A stretch of 63,669 nucleotides of DNA, the filler included, from Choristocarpus tenellus KU-1152 (Eukaryota > Protista > Phaeophyceae), in NCBI GenBank assembly GCA_964200185.2. It is 9 parts of 9 records of this genome, joined end to end, with 100 filler letters (N's around TTAATTAATTAA, not from the genome) between each part and the next. Parts side by side here need not be neighbours in the genome. Positions count along the whole stretch, not along the records: positions 60,874 to 63,669 come from CAXNAD020024679.1; 8 more parts are not named here. One strand, written 5' to 3'. The translations under genes were made by a program, and so were the position numbers. A model generated the notes under the pieces. That model ran no database searches, was not told the DNA's origin, and saw only the letters and a program-made list of their open reading frames with translations. This document shows, one piece after another, positions 60,874-63,669 of the stretch; position 1 is the stretch's first letter; the number at the start of each line of letters is the position of its first letter.

Positions 60874-63345
60874 CATTTGTTCTTGCATGTTGAAGGTAAC
60901 ATCTGCTTGAAGTAAGATCGGGTGGTTTGGAGTGACCTTACCAACACCCCCCTCTTTCAGTTACCACTTGAACAATCTTTTCCTGAGTGATCTTCTGAGG
61001 GATTGCTCTCCCTCTTTGACTTTTCTCTCTTTGATCTTGCTTCCTGTGGGTCTTCGCGCTCCCCTTCACGACGAAGAACCTGTCAGCTTGTTTCCATCTG
61101 TTTCACAGTGGCGGCGACGGAAATCGTTTTGAAGTGGGAGAGTACGCTTACAATACTTTTGGGGGAAACTCTGAGTATTTTGCCTGTACTTTGAGCACCA
61201 CATATGCCAAATCAGTCTGAATGGTATACAGTTCGATCAAGGAGACGACAGGGTATGTTCCAGACAAACACAAACCGTTTCTAGAGCTTCATGGCGGAGG
61301 AATTCAAAGAAAATGAACCAGATGAACATCTACTACCGCCATTTCATGACCAGGACCCTTTATCATTTGATGAGGTCATCTTAGAGAGGACGGAAGGAAA
61401 CTTTTAGTCCATAAATCCTCCGGGATTTTTGTAGACACAAAGTTCCGAGTGGTGGATCAGCGGGTGGCTCAACAGCTGATGTCGGCAGATAATCACCCCA
61501 TGAGTCAATCTCTCCTACCGCCAACCCCGCCCGTTTCTCAGTCTGCACATATTCCCCACACAAGGTCTCTCACTACACCGCCAGTACCACCGTCTACTCC
61601 GTCGGTGACGTCGTCTACTGGAGACCTGTCCATAAATCTGATTAATGACGAGTTAAATGCTGCAGTGGAGGAGAAGCGCCCGCCAAACATAGACCTCATC
61701 CGGAACTTGACAGAGACGAGGGACATGACTGATGTAAGGCAATCCGAGTGAAAGTATCTTAGAGGGTATGATTTCTGCCCTGTTTGTCCATTTGGGGCTT
61801 GGCTTCCCACGGGTTTTTAATGGCATTTTACCTACTCCAAGATGTTCCGGAGTAGGTACATTGTTTACATTATGAAAAGATGTGCGCGGAACAAGGGTAT
61901 TGACATCTCGTAACAAACATGATAGCCAAAATTAGATCAAAATTGCAACATTGGATTTTGACCCCCAAATGGACGCGGCTCTACCCTCTTAAAATACTTT
62001 GACTCTCCCCTCCAACTGCCCCCATTACTGCTTTGCCGAAAACGTCATTAGCGAATTTTCCTAAAGATATGCGTCTTCCTTCGACTACTACTGATGTACC
62101 AACTCTTCTGAGAAGTTTCCGTATGCGTGTCACACTTCAACTTCAGGAATCGTAACGTGACCAGTCAACCATTGATAGGGCGTGCATGGCCTATTTGCCT
62201 TTGATTTTAGATACAAATAAATGCCAGTATGCTATATTTGCAGAGTATGGAAGGCAAAGTTGAATAGTGCTCACCTGCCCAATTATGTGCCATTCAAATG
62301 CAGAATATAACTCCACCGATCCTGATCCCATTGTGCCCCCTAAAACATGGGACCAATTATGTACGTTTTTTATCAACACGTTCAGGTATGCGAATGCGAT
62401 GGGAGACTGGGGCAGACAGTGGGCTAATATTTCTCAAAAAAACAATGAAACCCTTGAAGCATATGCCCTTCGTCTTCGACACATTCTTGGCAGATTTACT
62501 ACAGCTGTTGACAGTTAATCTACAGATTCTAGCGACCGTAAATATATTGATCGAATCACAATTGCCCTCTTTGAAGGTGGACTACAACCCACCCCACCTT
62601 CAGCTAAAACAGTTCAGTGAAGATTTCGCTTCTACATTGTCTGAAGCTATCACTCGCGCTAAACGTCATGAAGCCAACAATCTAATGGGAAAAAGACATG
62701 CCCACGCACTTGCCCCAGTTCCTTCGACTCCGCCAACTGTTCCGACGGCTAATTCTGCTATTTCCGCTGGTCACTCCGCACAGCCTACGTTCCATTCGCC
62801 TAAAATTGCGGCACTACAAGCAACCAATAAGCGACTTGAGCGAGAAGTTCGAAATTTAAATCGACATTTCATTGGACATTCGAACAACAACCACGTTTCT
62901 TCGACGCCTCCTCCGACACCCTCTTCACATGGTCGCCGAAAAGGAGTAAAACGTCGACAGGAAGATCGTGCGTCACATCGCGTTACCCGCCAGAACCCCT
63001 TTTGTAAACAAAAATTTAAAAACCACGATTGAGAGTGGTGTCGGGATTATGTTGATATGCCAGGAGCACCGGTTCGAGTTTCAGAAGAGGAAAGGCAGAG
63101 AAAGATTGATGAGGCTAGAGCTAGAAAGTATAGTAATAATTGATGTGGCCCAGAAGATAATAACCCCTGTAGTTCTTTTGGGTCTGAAGTCGAGTCTACT
63201 ACAAGAGTCGATGGGGTTGAAAAACGAGCGAAACATGATCCATCTACTGTAGCATTGGCTCCACAAGCACCGTTTAGTCCTCAGCATATCCGGAATAGAC
63301 ATGCTTCGCGTCCAATTTTTCTTCTAGGTGCAGATCAGAACTCTT
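60874..63345 (+). mobile_element. Decayed Ty3/gypsy-like LTR retrotransposon 5' portion (LTR end, PBS, gag)
   Basis: ...TTTCACA then g-TGGCGGCGACGG (61107-61120; LTR end + PBS-like); Retrotrans_gag-like KTWDQLCTFFINTF...ISQKNNETLEAYALRLRHIL; degenerate knuckle FCKQKFKNHD*EWC; stops and frameshifts. Confidence 0.72.
61746..62005 (-). mobile_element. MITE family B inserted into the gypsy-like gag
   Basis: GAGTGAAAGTATCTTAGAGGGTA ... TACCCTCTTAAAATACTTTGACTC; TCC/TCC duplication; removing the element restores the gag frame. Confidence 0.92.
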
Positions 63346-63660
63346 GGTCAAAGTAGTATCTGGGGGGGGGGGGGTGTCGGNNNNNNNNNNTGTGGTTAAT
63401 TCTTCCATGGTGTGAGAGCATCTTTGGGGGTGTGGGTTTTGGCCTGTTTTTGGTTCAAATTATTTTGGGGGGGGGGGGTGTCGGCGTCCGTTTTTCACCC
63501 TTTTTTCGATTTTCACTTTTTTGATGTTTTTTGGTCGCACGTGTCGGATTTGAAATGAAATGTCAGCAAAAAAAAGTTGTTTGACCGAAACAGGCGCCCC
63601 CTCACAAACCACCCCACCCCCCCACACACCTTTCCCCCCCCCAAAATAAAAAAACTTTTC
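63346..63660 (+). mobile_element. MITE family A, low-quality or degenerate copy at window end
   Basis: GGTCAAAGTAGTATCT(G)n, then a degraded family A body (GTCGGAT...AATG...(C)n). Confidence 0.6.
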
Positions 63661-63669
63661 CCACCTTGT

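Noticed and set aside
63391-63669. Separate novel repeat at window end
   Set aside because: Looks like a low-quality re-read of the adjacent family A MITE after a homopolymer and a 10-N gap.

Overview
Eukaryotic, repeat-rich draft genomic DNA, most likely from a photosynthetic stramenopile (brown-alga-like). Evidence for that: GT-AG introns, a bipartite signal+transit plastid-targeting peptide and TTAGGG-type telomere repeats. The window is nine short contigs joined by artificial 100-nt N/TTAATTAATTAA/N linkers, so adjacency across linkers is not guaranteed. Supported intron-containing genes are a molybdenum cofactor sulfurase (MOCOS/ABA3-like, 3' part cut by a gap), a PLC-type PH + ankyrin-repeat protein, an inositol polyphosphate 5-phosphatase (partial), a plastid-targeted SAP/ARMET_C-like protein and a small single-pass membrane protein. 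The rest is mostly mobile or decayed DNA: an integrase-less Ty1/copia element with its LTR and two LTR fragments, a decayed Ty3/gypsy-like gag, three MITE families (two share terminal motifs), a decayed tandem-kinase gene and a possible Ulp1-protease relic. No rRNA, tRNA or CRISPR was seen. I found no clear-cut novel multi-gene system. The best candidates for follow-up are: (i) a ~6 kb stretch in and beyond the 5-phosphatase introns holding 11 short telomere-repeat arrays, one of them head-to-head, plus many short tandem duplications; (ii) the paired MITE families with shared transposase-binding motifs and apparently variable 3/4-bp target duplications; (iii) a ~430-nt fold-back formed by a tail-to-tail duplication of a gene 3' end, a candidate small-RNA hairpin. 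All coordinates and splice models were read by eye.
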